From a virus, in IMG/VR virus record IMGVR_UViG_3300000976_000009, positions 289,144 through 353,143 of that record: a stretch of 64,000 bases of DNA. One strand, written 5' to 3'. A program made the translations under genes and the position numbers. Shown here one piece after another: positions 1-9,666 of this stretch; position 1 is the first letter of the stretch, and each line of letters opens with the position of its first letter. The notes under the pieces were generated by a model, which made no database searches, had not been told where the DNA came from, and saw only the letters and a list, made by a program, of their open reading frames with translations.

Positions 1-49
1 AATTGTTTGGCGAGGCATATTTAGACGTATATTTTTTATAAAATTAATT

Positions 50-235
50 GTGAAGGAATCTAAATATGTTACAAATACTAGTAGAACATTTAAATTTGGT
101 AGTATTGTGATTAATTTAACCGAAGGAGAATTTAATAAATTGTTTAGTATAGCGGAAGAATTTAATAAGGTGAGACCTAATGAAATTGATGAAGCGATTT
201 TAGATATTAGAATTAACGAATACAAAGAAAGCTAA
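50..235 (+). CDS. hypothetical protein
   Basis: ORF track, co-directional packing. Confidence 0.55.
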   Translation: MKESKYVTNTSRTFKFGSIVINLTEGEFNKLFSIAEEFNKVRPNEIDEAILDIRINEYKES

Positions 236-237
236 AC

Positions 238-477
238 ATGGGTTATATTGATTCAGAATTAGGGATAAAAACAGCCAAAGGTTTAGCTAAGTATTTCACA
301 AGTATTTTTGGTCAACAAGTTATGGCTATAAAAGTGGCTAATTCAGTTAGGTTGATATGGGCAGTAGATAATAAATTACATACTCATGATATTAAGGCTA
401 GTGTAATTTATGTCATACAAGAAGAACAGCTTGATGTAGCAATGAATGAAATTAAAAATACAATAATCAAAAAATAA
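238..477 (+). CDS. hypothetical protein
   Basis: ORF track, tight packing. Confidence 0.65.
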   Translation: MGYIDSELGIKTAKGLAKYFTSIFGQQVMAIKVANSVRLIWAVDNKLHTHDIKASVIYVIQEEQLDVAMNEIKNTIIKK

Positions 478-528
478 TTTGGTGATATCAAATATTATCC
501 TTATATTTGTAAAACAAAATTGGATAAT

Positions 529-924
529 ATGTCTTTAAATAAAAACACAATAGCATACGGAGTTAGAATTAAATTGAAAGATAACTTTGTTCAGAAATGT
601 ATTGGTGATAAATTTCTAGTAGAACAAGAAGATATATTATTTATTTCTGAGGGTCATGTCTATAATGATTCAAAAGGTGAGTATGTTATGATTAAAGGCG
701 GGTCATTAACCAATTCTGGTTATGCATACCTAGATGAGTTAGAATTATTACACCCAGTCCCAAATAAACCCATTGTAAATAAACCACACCAACACGTTTT
801 AAATTGCGTTGAACATGAATTAATTAACGCCAAAGATGGTGATGAAATTAAAATTATTGTTCAAGAAAATAAAGTTGAAATTTGGAACGGTAGTGTTTAT
901 ACTGGTAGGCATATATTCAAATAG
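529..924 (+). CDS. hypothetical protein
   Basis: ATG at 529, downstream of a TTTGG..TATATTTG promoter. Confidence 0.7.
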   Translation: MSLNKNTIAYGVRIKLKDNFVQKCIGDKFLVEQEDILFISEGHVYNDSKGEYVMIKGGSLTNSGYAYLDELELLHPVPNKPIVNKPHQHVLNCVEHELINAKDGDEIKIIVQENKVEIWNGSVYTGRHIFK

Positions 925-960
925 AATTTTGCTACCCATCATTAATTAAAACCAAAGATT

Positions 961-1437
961 ATGAAATTATTTAGTGAAGATGAAATACACGATTTAGTGT
1001 TTGATTTAAATGATGAAATTGATGATTTACTTTCAGATGGGTATTCAGCATCTTCACCAATAGTTAAAAGACGTGAAGATAAAATTAATTCCTTAAATAA
1101 CCAAAAATTAAGTTTCGAGAATGGTAAGAAACACATTAACTTAAAAGATATGACTTTTGTATCTGATGAACTTAGTGGGATTATTTTCATTCAGTCTAGA
1201 TTTAATAACGGACATTTCTTAGGTTTTTGGTCTCACTCACCTTGGGGTACATGTAATGACCAAGAAACTGGTTGGGTAGTATTCAACCCACATACATTTG
1301 AAATTATTGACCAATGTGAGACTAAACATAATGGTGAATATAGAGAATGGCGTAGAGATATTAAAAATAAATTTGGTGGGGCTAAAACCATTAAAGATAT
1401 GTCTGGTGAAACATTGTGGAAAATGTCTGAAACATAA
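961..1437 (+). CDS. hypothetical protein
   Basis: 158-aa ORF, A-rich leader. Confidence 0.75.
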   Translation: MKLFSEDEIHDLVFDLNDEIDDLLSDGYSASSPIVKRREDKINSLNNQKLSFENGKKHINLKDMTFVSDELSGIIFIQSRFNNGHFLGFWSHSPWGTCNDQETGWVVFNPHTFEIIDQCETKHNGEYREWRRDIKNKFGGAKTIKDMSGETLWKMSET

Positions 1438-1790
1438 TGAAAGATAGAAACCAATTCATAGAAGCTGACGGTCTATATTGGGAGAATGAAACCCAAGAAT
1501 GGTTTATCGACAAAACGTTAACCCAATATGCACATAAGGATTCTGCAACATCACAAGATGACACATTACCATATATTTTTTGTTTTTGGGTTCGAGACAA
1601 AACAACTGGTGAATATGAAAATATTGTTATGGATAACCAATTTAAAGAAGTTGTTCATTCCTCAAAATTCGGTAGTTGTACAACCTACGTTGATAGACTT
1701 AAAGTAGAGAAACGATTCGGTATGCATAAAGAAAAATTCATTACTAGAGTATTTGAGGAAATTGATAAAGAAGATGAAAAAGATATTTAA
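1437..1790 (+). CDS. hypothetical protein
   Basis: TAATG coupling to upstream ORF. Confidence 0.75.
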   Translation: MKDRNQFIEADGLYWENETQEWFIDKTLTQYAHKDSATSQDDTLPYIFCFWVRDKTTGEYENIVMDNQFKEVVHSSKFGSCTTYVDRLKVEKRFGMHKEKFITRVFEEIDKEDEKDI

Positions 1791-1940
1791 AAATGGTATT
1801 GTATATATTAAGTATTATGGTAAGAAAGACCGTATAACTAATCGTGTACTAGTCATTGGTTTCTTAAGAAAATACTTCAAATTCAAATTTTTCTTATACA
1901 TTTATTTGCGTAAGTCAAAATAATTCACTACATTTGAATT

Positions 1941-2132
1941 ATGGAAGCAATCGAAAAAGGTAATTGGGTTTTAGTTCCTTTAACTAAAGATGATTTAGAT
2001 AACCCAAATATTGTCGCAAAAGTTGATAGTGTTACAGATACCATTGTAACTATTGAGCTATCAAATGATGGTAAAGTTGATATCCCACGTAGTTGGTGTA
2101 GAGTAGTACATATTCAAAATTTTGAAAAATAA
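1941..2132 (+). CDS. hypothetical protein, probably leaderless
   Basis: ATG 4 nt after TACATTTG. Confidence 0.7.
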   Translation: MEAIEKGNWVLVPLTKDDLDNPNIVAKVDSVTDTIVTIELSNDGKVDIPRSWCRVVHIQNFEK

Positions 2133-2338
2133 TGATAATTACAATTGCATTCATATTAACAGCTTTAGTCACACTTCTTTTTGTGGCGGTAATTGTTTCT
2201 TCGATTGGGGAGAGTAGAACTATTGATGTCCCACCATTGTTTATGTTCAAAGCATTACAACCAACAAGATGGTATATTCTATACCCAAGTTTAATTTTTC
2301 AAATCTGGTTTTGGTCGGATAAATTTAATATTATATAA
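2132..2338 (+). CDS. small membrane protein
   Basis: hydrophobic N-terminus, TAATG coupling. Confidence 0.6.
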   Translation: MIITIAFILTALVTLLFVAVIVSSIGESRTIDVPPLFMFKALQPTRWYILYPSLIFQIWFWSDKFNII

Positions 2339-2341
2339 GAT

Positions 2342-2794
2342 ATGATACAGACATTTAAAATTAGTACAGGAATGGGTAAAACACATGATGATTTACCATT
2401 TTTAACAGAAGACCAATATAACGAATTTAACGTTATTGGATATACTGGTAAGAGAAGTAACAAGAAACCTTGTGGTCGTCAAGAATATTTGAACTCACTA
2501 AATATTGGTGAGTTCAAAGTTAACCAAACTAAATACGATGATGGTAATTTTATTGAACAATTCACCATTACCTTAGTAACTGAGGATTCAAAAGAAATGT
2601 CTGAATTACCAGAATGGTTACAAGAACTTTGGAAACTAGACCCAAGCATTGCTAGAAAGGCTGAGAAAGAAATTAGTAACCTAACTAAGATAAAAGATGA
2701 GGTTATTAAAGTTTGGGACGAAGATGGGTTAGGTGGTGAAATTCAAATGAAAACACCTATTGCTTGGCAACGTGTAATTAGATTGTGTAGATAA
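2342..2794 (+). CDS. hypothetical protein
   Basis: 150-aa ORF. Confidence 0.7.
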   Translation: MIQTFKISTGMGKTHDDLPFLTEDQYNEFNVIGYTGKRSNKKPCGRQEYLNSLNIGEFKVNQTKYDDGNFIEQFTITLVTEDSKEMSELPEWLQELWKLDPSIARKAEKEISNLTKIKDEVIKVWDEDGLGGEIQMKTPIAWQRVIRLCR

Positions 2795-2805
2795 AATTTA
2801 GTATT

Positions 2806-3120
2806 ATGTCATTAGAAAATTCAAAAGAAAATAAGTCATTAAATGCAAAAGTGCAAACTAATGATTATAAAGTAAATGTATTAGTTGAAACAACTAATTC
2901 AACTAATATGCATTATTCACATTTAAATAAACAGGTGCAAATTGATAAAGTACTTAGTGATGAGGAAATTATTGAACTTTGGGAGAACCGAAAGGTTGAT
3001 GATAAATTGAAATTAGCTAAAGATTGGATTAAAACCCAAGAAGGTTATGCCACTTCTAATTGTGTTGATGATTCATTAGATATTGATTATAATAGTATTG
3101 TTAAATATTCAAATAAGTAA
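2806..3120 (+). CDS. hypothetical protein
   Basis: 104-aa ORF. Confidence 0.7.
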   Translation: MSLENSKENKSLNAKVQTNDYKVNVLVETTNSTNMHYSHLNKQVQIDKVLSDEEIIELWENRKVDDKLKLAKDWIKTQEGYATSNCVDDSLDIDYNSIVKYSNK

Positions 3121-3121
3121 A

Positions 3122-3586
3122 ATGGGACACCGAACATTAAAGGCATTAGAAGATTCAGACTTACCAGATTCTTGTACAATTGGTGAGGCAAAAGTACTCA
3201 TACAAAATGAGATTAAAGAACAAGAAAACCAACGTGTAGTACAAGATGAATTAGTTGTCAATAAGTTTAATGGTACTTATCTTAAACGTATCGCACCAGA
3301 TAAATTATTTGGAGACACATTAGAAGTTATTCAAGTTACAGGTGTTAAACCAGAAACATACACAACCGATTGGGAACGTACGTTTGGTTTGAAAGGACGA
3401 ATAATTACATTCGATAGATTACATATTCATTCTAGAGAATTTTCAGAAGGTAATGTTTCCGCCTCATATACTGAAAAAACATTAGACACATTCCAAGTTA
3501 TTGATGAAACAGAATTTTTATTGTATGTTGTAGAGTATAACAAAATTAATTCTACATTACAAACATTACTCGCTGAAAATAAGTAA
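3122..3586 (+). CDS. hypothetical protein
   Basis: ATG at 3122 directly after the previous stop. Confidence 0.7.
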   Translation: MGHRTLKALEDSDLPDSCTIGEAKVLIQNEIKEQENQRVVQDELVVNKFNGTYLKRIAPDKLFGDTLEVIQVTGVKPETYTTDWERTFGLKGRIITFDRLHIHSREFSEGNVSASYTEKTLDTFQVIDETEFLLYVVEYNKINSTLQTLLAENK

Positions 3587-3591
3587 CTATT

Positions 3592-3918
3592 ATGACATTA
3601 GAGGAAGTATTGAAATTACTTATGGAGAAACACCATAGGAAGCATATATCACTTAGGTCTGCTAAGTATCTGTATGAAATATTAGAAGGTAAATCTAAAG
3701 AAACCTATATAGTATTTGATAATGGTGGTGGTATGATATTCGATATTTGGAAGATTGATGATGAGCATCTAAATGCTTGGTATGATTCTAAGGATGCATT
3801 ACCTAAACATTTATTGTTTGGACATTACCAAAATGGTGAAACAACACTTAATGAAACATTACCGCATTGGATGGTGTATGAATTAATTCATGAGAAAAAT
3901 TTGGATAAGTCAAAATAA
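3592..3918 (+). CDS. hypothetical protein
   Basis: 108-aa ORF. Confidence 0.7.
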   Translation: MTLEEVLKLLMEKHHRKHISLRSAKYLYEILEGKSKETYIVFDNGGGMIFDIWKIDDEHLNAWYDSKDALPKHLLFGHYQNGETTLNETLPHWMVYELIHEKNLDKSK

Positions 3919-3935
3919 TTTACTACATTTGTAAT

Positions 3936-4244
3936 ATGAAAAAAGTAATATATGTCTTAATTGCACTTGTCACTCTAGGAATGACATCTTGTGCTGAGTG
4001 TGAAAACCCACCAACTTGTAAATTCCAAAAAGGAGACCTTGTTCAAGACAAGACTTCAAGATGGGCTAAGAAAGGAGCTATTGTTGATACATATGTTACC
4101 TCAGATTGTGAATGTAGATACACCGTGTCTAACACAACTTGGATTGAAGGTAAGACTAAAAGAGATATGTCTGAGTATGAATTAGAAGAAGCGGGTCATG
4201 GTATTGACCTAGATGCTATGGATGTTCTAAAAGAACTATTCTAA
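3936..4244 (+). CDS. predicted lipoprotein
   Basis: MKK + hydrophobic stretch + MTSC lipobox; ATG 4 nt after TACATTTG. Confidence 0.7.
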   Translation: MKKVIYVLIALVTLGMTSCAECENPPTCKFQKGDLVQDKTSRWAKKGAIVDTYVTSDCECRYTVSNTTWIEGKTKRDMSEYELEEAGHGIDLDAMDVLKELF

Positions 4245-4343
4245 TGAATGACAAGATTCATAGAATTATATTCAATATATTTGGATGTATAATAATTATA
4301 CTAGCTGTAATCGGTTGGGTTGGAGCATTAACACATTAACAAT

Positions 4344-4643
4344 ATGAAAATATCGTTTTATTTATTAGATGATGATACGGAAATAACATCTTTTACTGGG
4401 TTAACAAGTAATCCATTTAATTTAAATGATGTGGTTAACTTATCTGTTAAGCCTCTAAGAAATGATGAATATGAGGGAGCAAATAAAGATTTCATTCAAA
4501 ATGTCATATATAATAACCATAATGCTAAGGAAGCATTTAATTTGAAAGAAATTAGATTACTCACAGAAAAGAAATATATTAAATTTAATGTTCTTTCTGA
4601 ACCAGAATTATATGTTGAATACCATTGTCAAATAGTTAAGTAA
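4344..4643 (+). CDS. hypothetical protein
   Basis: ORF track. Confidence 0.65.
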   Translation: MKISFYLLDDDTEITSFTGLTSNPFNLNDVVNLSVKPLRNDEYEGANKDFIQNVIYNNHNAKEAFNLKEIRLLTEKKYIKFNVLSEPELYVEYHCQIVK

Positions 4644-4646
4644 GAT

Positions 4647-4976
4647 ATGTTAGATAATATTAAACAACCAGTAGAAACAAAACAAGGTCGAGGACAACTA
4701 ACCCAAAGGATTAAAGATAAGTCTAAAGAATTATTTGGCTATGAACTAACTGTTAGACAACTTAGGCTTATTCCATATATTCTTAACGTCATGCAAAACG
4801 ATAAGACAATCGATAGACGTAGAATTAATGATGAAGAATTTGACATTATTATTCAATGGGAAAATGAAAACCATTTGACTTATTCGGTTGCTAGTTGTGA
4901 ACTTACAATTACTAAAGATTTCTGGGACAAAGCAAATGAAATACTTTTCCTAGGTTATGTTGATTTAATAAAATAG
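4647..4976 (+). CDS. hypothetical protein
   Basis: ORF track. Confidence 0.7.
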   Translation: MLDNIKQPVETKQGRGQLTQRIKDKSKELFGYELTVRQLRLIPYILNVMQNDKTIDRRRINDEEFDIIIQWENENHLTYSVASCELTITKDFWDKANEILFLGYVDLIK

Positions 4977-4983
4977 AAAAATT

Positions 4984-5331
4984 ATGATAGGAAATATAAT
5001 TAAAGGTTCGGTTGAAACTTATGGAATTGTTGAAGGTAAGGTAATATTAGTTTATCAAGATGCTGTTGCTTTTGGAACTAATGGCTATGTACAAATTACT
5101 ATGATTCAAATTAAAGATGATAATGGTAAAGTATATGATATGAGACCTAGAAATATACATGAGATAATTTCAGTTGCTGAAATTAAACCCACTACCAAAA
5201 CACCATTGAAAAAACAAATTAGTAATGCTTGGAGTGTATTACGTGATTTAATTAATATGACATTTAAAGGTTATACGGTTTTTTCTTTTAGAAAAAAAGA
5301 AAAATTAGCAGATAGTGTTGTAAATAATTAG
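4984..5331 (+). CDS. hypothetical protein
   Basis: ORF track. Confidence 0.65.
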   Translation: MIGNIIKGSVETYGIVEGKVILVYQDAVAFGTNGYVQITMIQIKDDNGKVYDMRPRNIHEIISVAEIKPTTKTPLKKQISNAWSVLRDLINMTFKGYTVFSFRKKEKLADSVVNN

Positions 5332-5335
5332 TGGC

Positions 5336-5614
5336 GTGATTAAGATTCATTTTGATTATACTGATGGAACTGAACTATCTTACCAAGAAGGTTTAGATAA
5401 AGGTGATGGATTTAATACTAATTGCCTAGATTTCTTTACGACTGATAATGATGCATTTGATGTCATTGTAGTTGATAAAAAAGGTAATTCAATTAGTCGT
5501 AATGAATTACTAAATAATATTGGTAACTATACGACAAAAGAAATAAGACCCGAACATAACATATTGAAAATGTTGAAGGCAAATTCATTTAATTGGAGAA
5601 AAATAATTGATTAA
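5336..5614 (+). CDS. hypothetical protein
   Basis: GTG start, tight packing. Confidence 0.65.
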   Translation: MIKIHFDYTDGTELSYQEGLDKGDGFNTNCLDFFTTDNDAFDVIVVDKKGNSISRNELLNNIGNYTTKEIRPEHNILKMLKANSFNWRKIID

Positions 5615-5626
5615 ATATTATATAGT

Positions 5627-5998
5627 ATGAGTACTGAGTATTTCCCATTTAAAATTGGGGATAAATTAAAATCTAGTAATGCCTATAAGAATGGTGATAG
5701 AAGAACATTTAGAGGTCCGTTAGGTGAACAACGAAAAACCGATATCTATATGGAAGTAACAGGTATTGGTAGAACACTATTCTTTGCTACTTGGGATTGT
5801 AACGAACATGTACACGCTAAATGTGGACAATATGAAATGTGGGATGGTTTAGATGAGGGTAAAGTAATTGATGGTGAATACTATTTTAATTCATTACCTA
5901 CTGAGGAACAAACTAAACTAAGAGAAAAGTTCAATGAAGAAATGATTTCAGATAATGAATCTGATTGGTATGAATTTTTTGATTCACTATTAACATAA
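5627..5998 (+). CDS. hypothetical protein
   Basis: ORF track. Confidence 0.7.
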   Translation: MSTEYFPFKIGDKLKSSNAYKNGDRRTFRGPLGEQRKTDIYMEVTGIGRTLFFATWDCNEHVHAKCGQYEMWDGLDEGKVIDGEYYFNSLPTEEQTKLREKFNEEMISDNESDWYEFFDSLLT

Positions 5999-6003
5999 TA
6001 ACT

Positions 6004-6240
6004 ATGAGAGTAATGACAACAAAAGAAAAGATAAGTGATTGCTTATTGACTGCCGTATTATGGTTACCAACTTACTTAATCTTTGAATACTTTTCATATG
6101 ATGGATTCACTATCTCTGATGGAATGTATTGGTTCGGAACTCTTGTTGGTTATTGTATTGCAATATTCACTAATAAAATTGTCAAAAAAAATTACGAAAT
6201 TAAAAAACTATCTAATCCAAATATTTTGGATGATGTCTAA
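6004..6240 (+). CDS. small membrane protein
   Basis: two hydrophobic segments. Confidence 0.6.
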   Translation: MRVMTTKEKISDCLLTAVLWLPTYLIFEYFSYDGFTISDGMYWFGTLVGYCIAIFTNKIVKKNYEIKKLSNPNILDDV

Positions 6241-6265
6241 ATATCGTTATTTTATAAACTAGAGT

Positions 6266-6511
6266 ATGAAAATAATAATTGAATTACATAGAAGTGATTT
6301 AAGAAAAGAATATTATAAAACACACTTAAATGATGTTGAATTACATATGTTTTATAAACTAGATACAAGAAAAATATGTGATGCATCTGAAATTATTTTT
6401 GTTGAAGAAACTGGTGTTAAAGAAATACCTAAAGTTAAAAAGTTCTTAAAAACTCGTGGCACAAAAAAATCATTAGAATTTTATAAAATATTCAATAATG
6501 CATTTGGTTAA
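6266..6511 (+). CDS. hypothetical protein, similar to the C-terminal half of 7091-7516
   Basis: shared SD..NDVE(L/I)xMF pattern. Confidence 0.65.
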   Translation: MKIIIELHRSDLRKEYYKTHLNDVELHMFYKLDTRKICDASEIIFVEETGVKEIPKVKKFLKTRGTKKSLEFYKIFNNAFG

Positions 6512-6554
6512 GTAAATAATTTTACCTATATTTGTAACTCATTAATAAAACAAT

Positions 6555-6740
6555 ATGAAAGCAACAACATTATTAGCATTAATATTCGGAATAGGTGGAT
6601 TGATTTTAATTGGTGCATACACACACTGGTTAGTAGCACTTGGAGTATTCCTAACAATTTGGGGGAATAACATTTCAAATAATGATATGTTAAAAACTGA
6701 ATTTAATAAGGTTCTAAAGAACTTAAAACGAAAAGATTAA
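6555..6740 (+). CDS. small membrane protein
   Basis: two TM-like segments, own promoter. Confidence 0.65.
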   Translation: MKATTLLALIFGIGGLILIGAYTHWLVALGVFLTIWGNNISNNDMLKTEFNKVLKNLKRKD

Positions 6741-6855
6741 AACGGGCTTTGCGTGGTGGAATCGACTACTTGGCTTAGACCTACCCACTTTTCCACCATA
6801 GCAAACTCCCAATCGAAATAAATACTAAAACCCCCATAAGAAATACTATATAATA

Positions 6856-7098
6856 ATGAGCCTATTTAAAGCAAATAACATAGTACTAAAAATAGGTGTT
6901 ATTATCAAAACACTATTAAGACTATTCGTAATATGGACACTTAATCTTATATACTATGAGATTAAACCAGATGCTAATTCTACACTAATTGAAATATCAA
7001 TAGTTCTAAGTATATTAGTATTTATCTTATTATACATTGCTGACTTAATTACTGTAGAAAGAAGTATTAAACATCATGGGAAAGAAATAGATGAGTAA
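6856..7098 (+). CDS. small membrane protein
   Basis: two hydrophobic segments. Confidence 0.55.
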   Translation: MSLFKANNIVLKIGVIIKTLLRLFVIWTLNLIYYEIKPDANSTLIEISIVLSILVFILLYIADLITVERSIKHHGKEIDE

Positions 7099-7516
7099 TC
7101 CACTATACATAAAATTAGAAGAACATCTTAAACAAAAATATAATTTAACTTATTGTCACGTAATCAAAGTAGATGATAATAGAAGGAATGTATTTGAAGT
7201 AATCGTTGAACCACCATTAACACCTAAGTCACAATTCGAAATAGAAGAATCAGTATTAGAATACTTAGGAGAAGATTGGGAAGGAATAGCTCTAACTTAT
7301 AGTAGAGAATATTATGAAAGTATAAATGATACAATTGTATTAACTAATAGTGATATAATCAGTATTTGCAAAGATGTCCCATTTAATGATGTTGAGATAT
7401 GTATGTTCCCTATTGACATTATACCAAAATTACTTAGAGCCAAAAAAGTATTGTATAGAATATATACAGATAATCCAGATATACCTTATGTGTCTAAAAT
7501 ATTAAGGAGTAAATAA
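7091..7516 (+). CDS. hypothetical protein
   Basis: 141-aa ORF. Confidence 0.65.
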   Translation: MSNPLYIKLEEHLKQKYNLTYCHVIKVDDNRRNVFEVIVEPPLTPKSQFEIEESVLEYLGEDWEGIALTYSREYYESINDTIVLTNSDIISICKDVPFNDVEICMFPIDIIPKLLRAKKVLYRIYTDNPDIPYVSKILRSK

Positions 7517-7526
7517 CTATTCTCAT

Positions 7527-7599
7527 GTACACATTTGTGTACCCATTTTCTCACCTAATTAAATACTCTATAATACCCCTAATACACATTTGTGTACCC
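7527..7599. repeat. two copies of the palindrome TACACA-TT-TGTGTA(CCC)
   Basis: 7527-7542 and 7583-7596. Confidence 0.7.
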
Positions 7600-7710
7600 T
7601 AATATATATAAGGTAAATAACGTGTATTAAATGACACTTAAACCCCCTCTATTTGTATCTTTAATCACTCCTTATTGTACTTTAGTTAGCACGTTATAGA
7701 AATATAGTCT

Positions 7711-7760
7711 TTGTGGGAAATCGTGGGATAAAGTGGTAAAAGGTGTGATTTTGTCCCACA
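7711..7760 (+). promoter_or_regulatory. GTGG direct repeats with 10-bp period (MraZ-box-like)
   Basis: GTGGG 7713, GTGGG 7723, GTGGT 7733, GTGTG 7743. Confidence 0.5.
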
Positions 7761-7999
7761 GCGAGTACACAAAACCTTAAAAAACATTATGTCATCTGTT
7801 TATTCACGTTCGATATACGTAAAATTTTTGAGATACACAAGCTTTTCGACAATTATTTATCAACAAAAATTTGTGCATAAAAAAGCTTCTAATTCCTTGT
7901 GTATATGATATAGTTTTCCTATATGACTTTTCACTGGTAAAAAGAAGCATTAAACATATGGACATGACAGTTGGCTTGAGACACCTAATTTTTTTGTGT

Positions 8000-8073
8000 A
8001 ACAAGTTTGCCCCAAACCTTACTATAGTTTCGGGTATGAGGTGGCTGTCCGCCTATGCAGATATGAATTGAAC
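8000..8073 (-). ncRNA. candidate small RNA A (3' end uncertain)
   Basis: minus-strand TTTGG..TATATTTG promoter (box 8078-8085), GC-rich hairpins, no credible ORF. Confidence 0.4.
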
Positions 8074-8164
8074 AAAACAAATATACAACAAAATTATCAG
8101 TCCACCAAATTTTTGTGTAACTATTTTGTTATTTGTAATGATTCTAAATAAAGGAAAGTATAAG

Positions 8165-8226
8165 GCACAGTGGAGTCTACTCTTTCGTAATGTTTCCATT
8201 CTGACCCGTCTCTGTTTCCAACCGAC
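8165..8226 (-). ncRNA. candidate small RNA B1 (constant-variable-constant)
   Basis: promoter box 8231-8238; near-identical copy at 9619-9666. Confidence 0.55.
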
Positions 8227-8410
8227 AATACAAATATAAACATTAGTTTTGACACTACCAAATAAAAAGTGATTTATTTTTAATATCCTATAGTATTAAA
8301 TTAATTTGTTTCTATAACCCCTATGAATGCTACAAAGTTAAAAATAATTGAATTAAATACTATATAATATTTGGTAGAACCATAAATGTTTCTTATATTT
8401 GTAATGTCAA

Positions 8411-9175
8411 ATTAACTTATTAAGTACTAACAATGCTAAAACAATTAAAGGTGAAGGTTTAGGATATACTACATACATTATGTACTTGTCACCATATAAC
8501 CAAAACTCTAAAGGTATTAACCTTTGTAGTCACGCCTCAAAGGGTTGTGCTAAAGCTTGTTTATTTTCTAGTGGTGCGGCTCGTTTCAATAGAGTACAAC
8601 AAGGTAAGATTAATAAAACTGAATGGTTTTTAGATAACCGTGTTGAGTTTCTTAATAAATTAGATGCAGAAATTACTGCTATTGAAAACAAAAAGAAGCA
8701 CCAAGGGCAAGACGATATACCAGTAATTCGTTTAAATGGTACAAGTGATATAACATTTGAAAAGTTTAAAATTAGAGACGGTAAAAACATATTTGAATTA
8801 CACCCAAACGTACAATTTTACGATTACACAAAGAACCATTTCAGATTTAAAAAGCAATTGCCGTCTAACTACCATTTAACGTTCTCAATGAGCGAAGACA
8901 ACAAAGAAAAGTCTATGGAGTTATTGAGCCAAGGTATTAACGTTGCTATGGTATTTGGAGTACGTGACGTAAACGATTTCCCTACTACATACAATGGTTA
9001 TGAAGTAATTAACGGGGACGAAACAGATTTACGTTTCCTAGATGATAAAAACGTTATTGTTGGACTTAAGTACAAGTATATGAGTACTAAGGGTGCTAAC
9101 AACCAAGACAATTTAGATAATAACGATTTTATTATTGATGTGTCAAGTATAAAAAAATATAAAAATGTTGCATAG
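8411..9175 (+). CDS. phage gp88-like Cys-cluster protein (radical-SAM-related); start uncertain (ATT 8411 or ATG 8480)
   Basis: Cx6Cx3C, RLNGTSD and FYDYTK motifs; frame open from 8405. Confidence 0.65.
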   Translation: MNLLSTNNAKTIKGEGLGYTTYIMYLSPYNQNSKGINLCSHASKGCAKACLFSSGAARFNRVQQGKINKTEWFLDNRVEFLNKLDAEITAIENKKKHQGQDDIPVIRLNGTSDITFEKFKIRDGKNIFELHPNVQFYDYTKNHFRFKKQLPSNYHLTFSMSEDNKEKSMELLSQGINVAMVFGVRDVNDFPTTYNGYEVINGDETDLRFLDDKNVIVGLKYKYMSTKGANNQDNLDNNDFIIDVSSIKKYKNVA

Positions 9176-9300
9176 ATATGAATTGAACAGCTTGTCAATG
9201 TACATGGGGGTTAACGCCCCCTCATCAAATTAATTTAAATAAATACTATACAATATTTGGTAGAACCATAAATGTTTCTTATATTTGTAATGTCAAATTA

Positions 9301-9546
9301 ACTAAAGTTTGGTCATGGGGTGCGCATGCTTGGGTCACACATGAAGACAAATGGTTAAGGTTTAAGTCTAATGGTCACCACCATAAAGGGCATGTATATA
9401 TAACTTTAGGTTTTGACGATACCTTTACAATATACTACACCAATACAAGGGCTAAAGTTATTGATATGGTTACTGGTGTATATGTTGGGTCTTTGATTGA
9501 TACCATTGATAACAGAATTGAGCGCATAGCAAATTATAAATACTAA
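9301..9546 (+). pseudogene. start-less ORF fused directly to the promoter cassette
   Basis: 81 open codons (KVWSWGAHAW..GHHHKGHVYITL..IDNRIE) with no ATG/GTG/TTG after +1 until codon 56. Confidence 0.55.
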
Positions 9547-9552
9547 TAATTG

Positions 9553-9590
9553 AAATGCCCATAACCATTGGTTATGGGCATTTGCTTTAT
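9553..9590. terminator. bidirectional intrinsic terminator
   Basis: AAATGCCCATAACC-ATT-GGTTATGGGCATTT. Confidence 0.8.
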
Positions 9591-9666
9591 TAAATATTAT
9601 TAGACTATAGGGTAAGTCGGAGTCTACTCTTTCACCATAGGCGACCCGTCTCTGTTTCCAACTGAC
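9553..9666 (-). ncRNA. candidate small RNA B2
   Basis: promoter box 9671-9678, terminator at 9553-9590, paralog of B1. Confidence 0.6.

Noticed and set aside
7804-8071. Overlapping 66-aa ORFs on both strands
   Set aside because: No promoter or leader support; they look like chance frames
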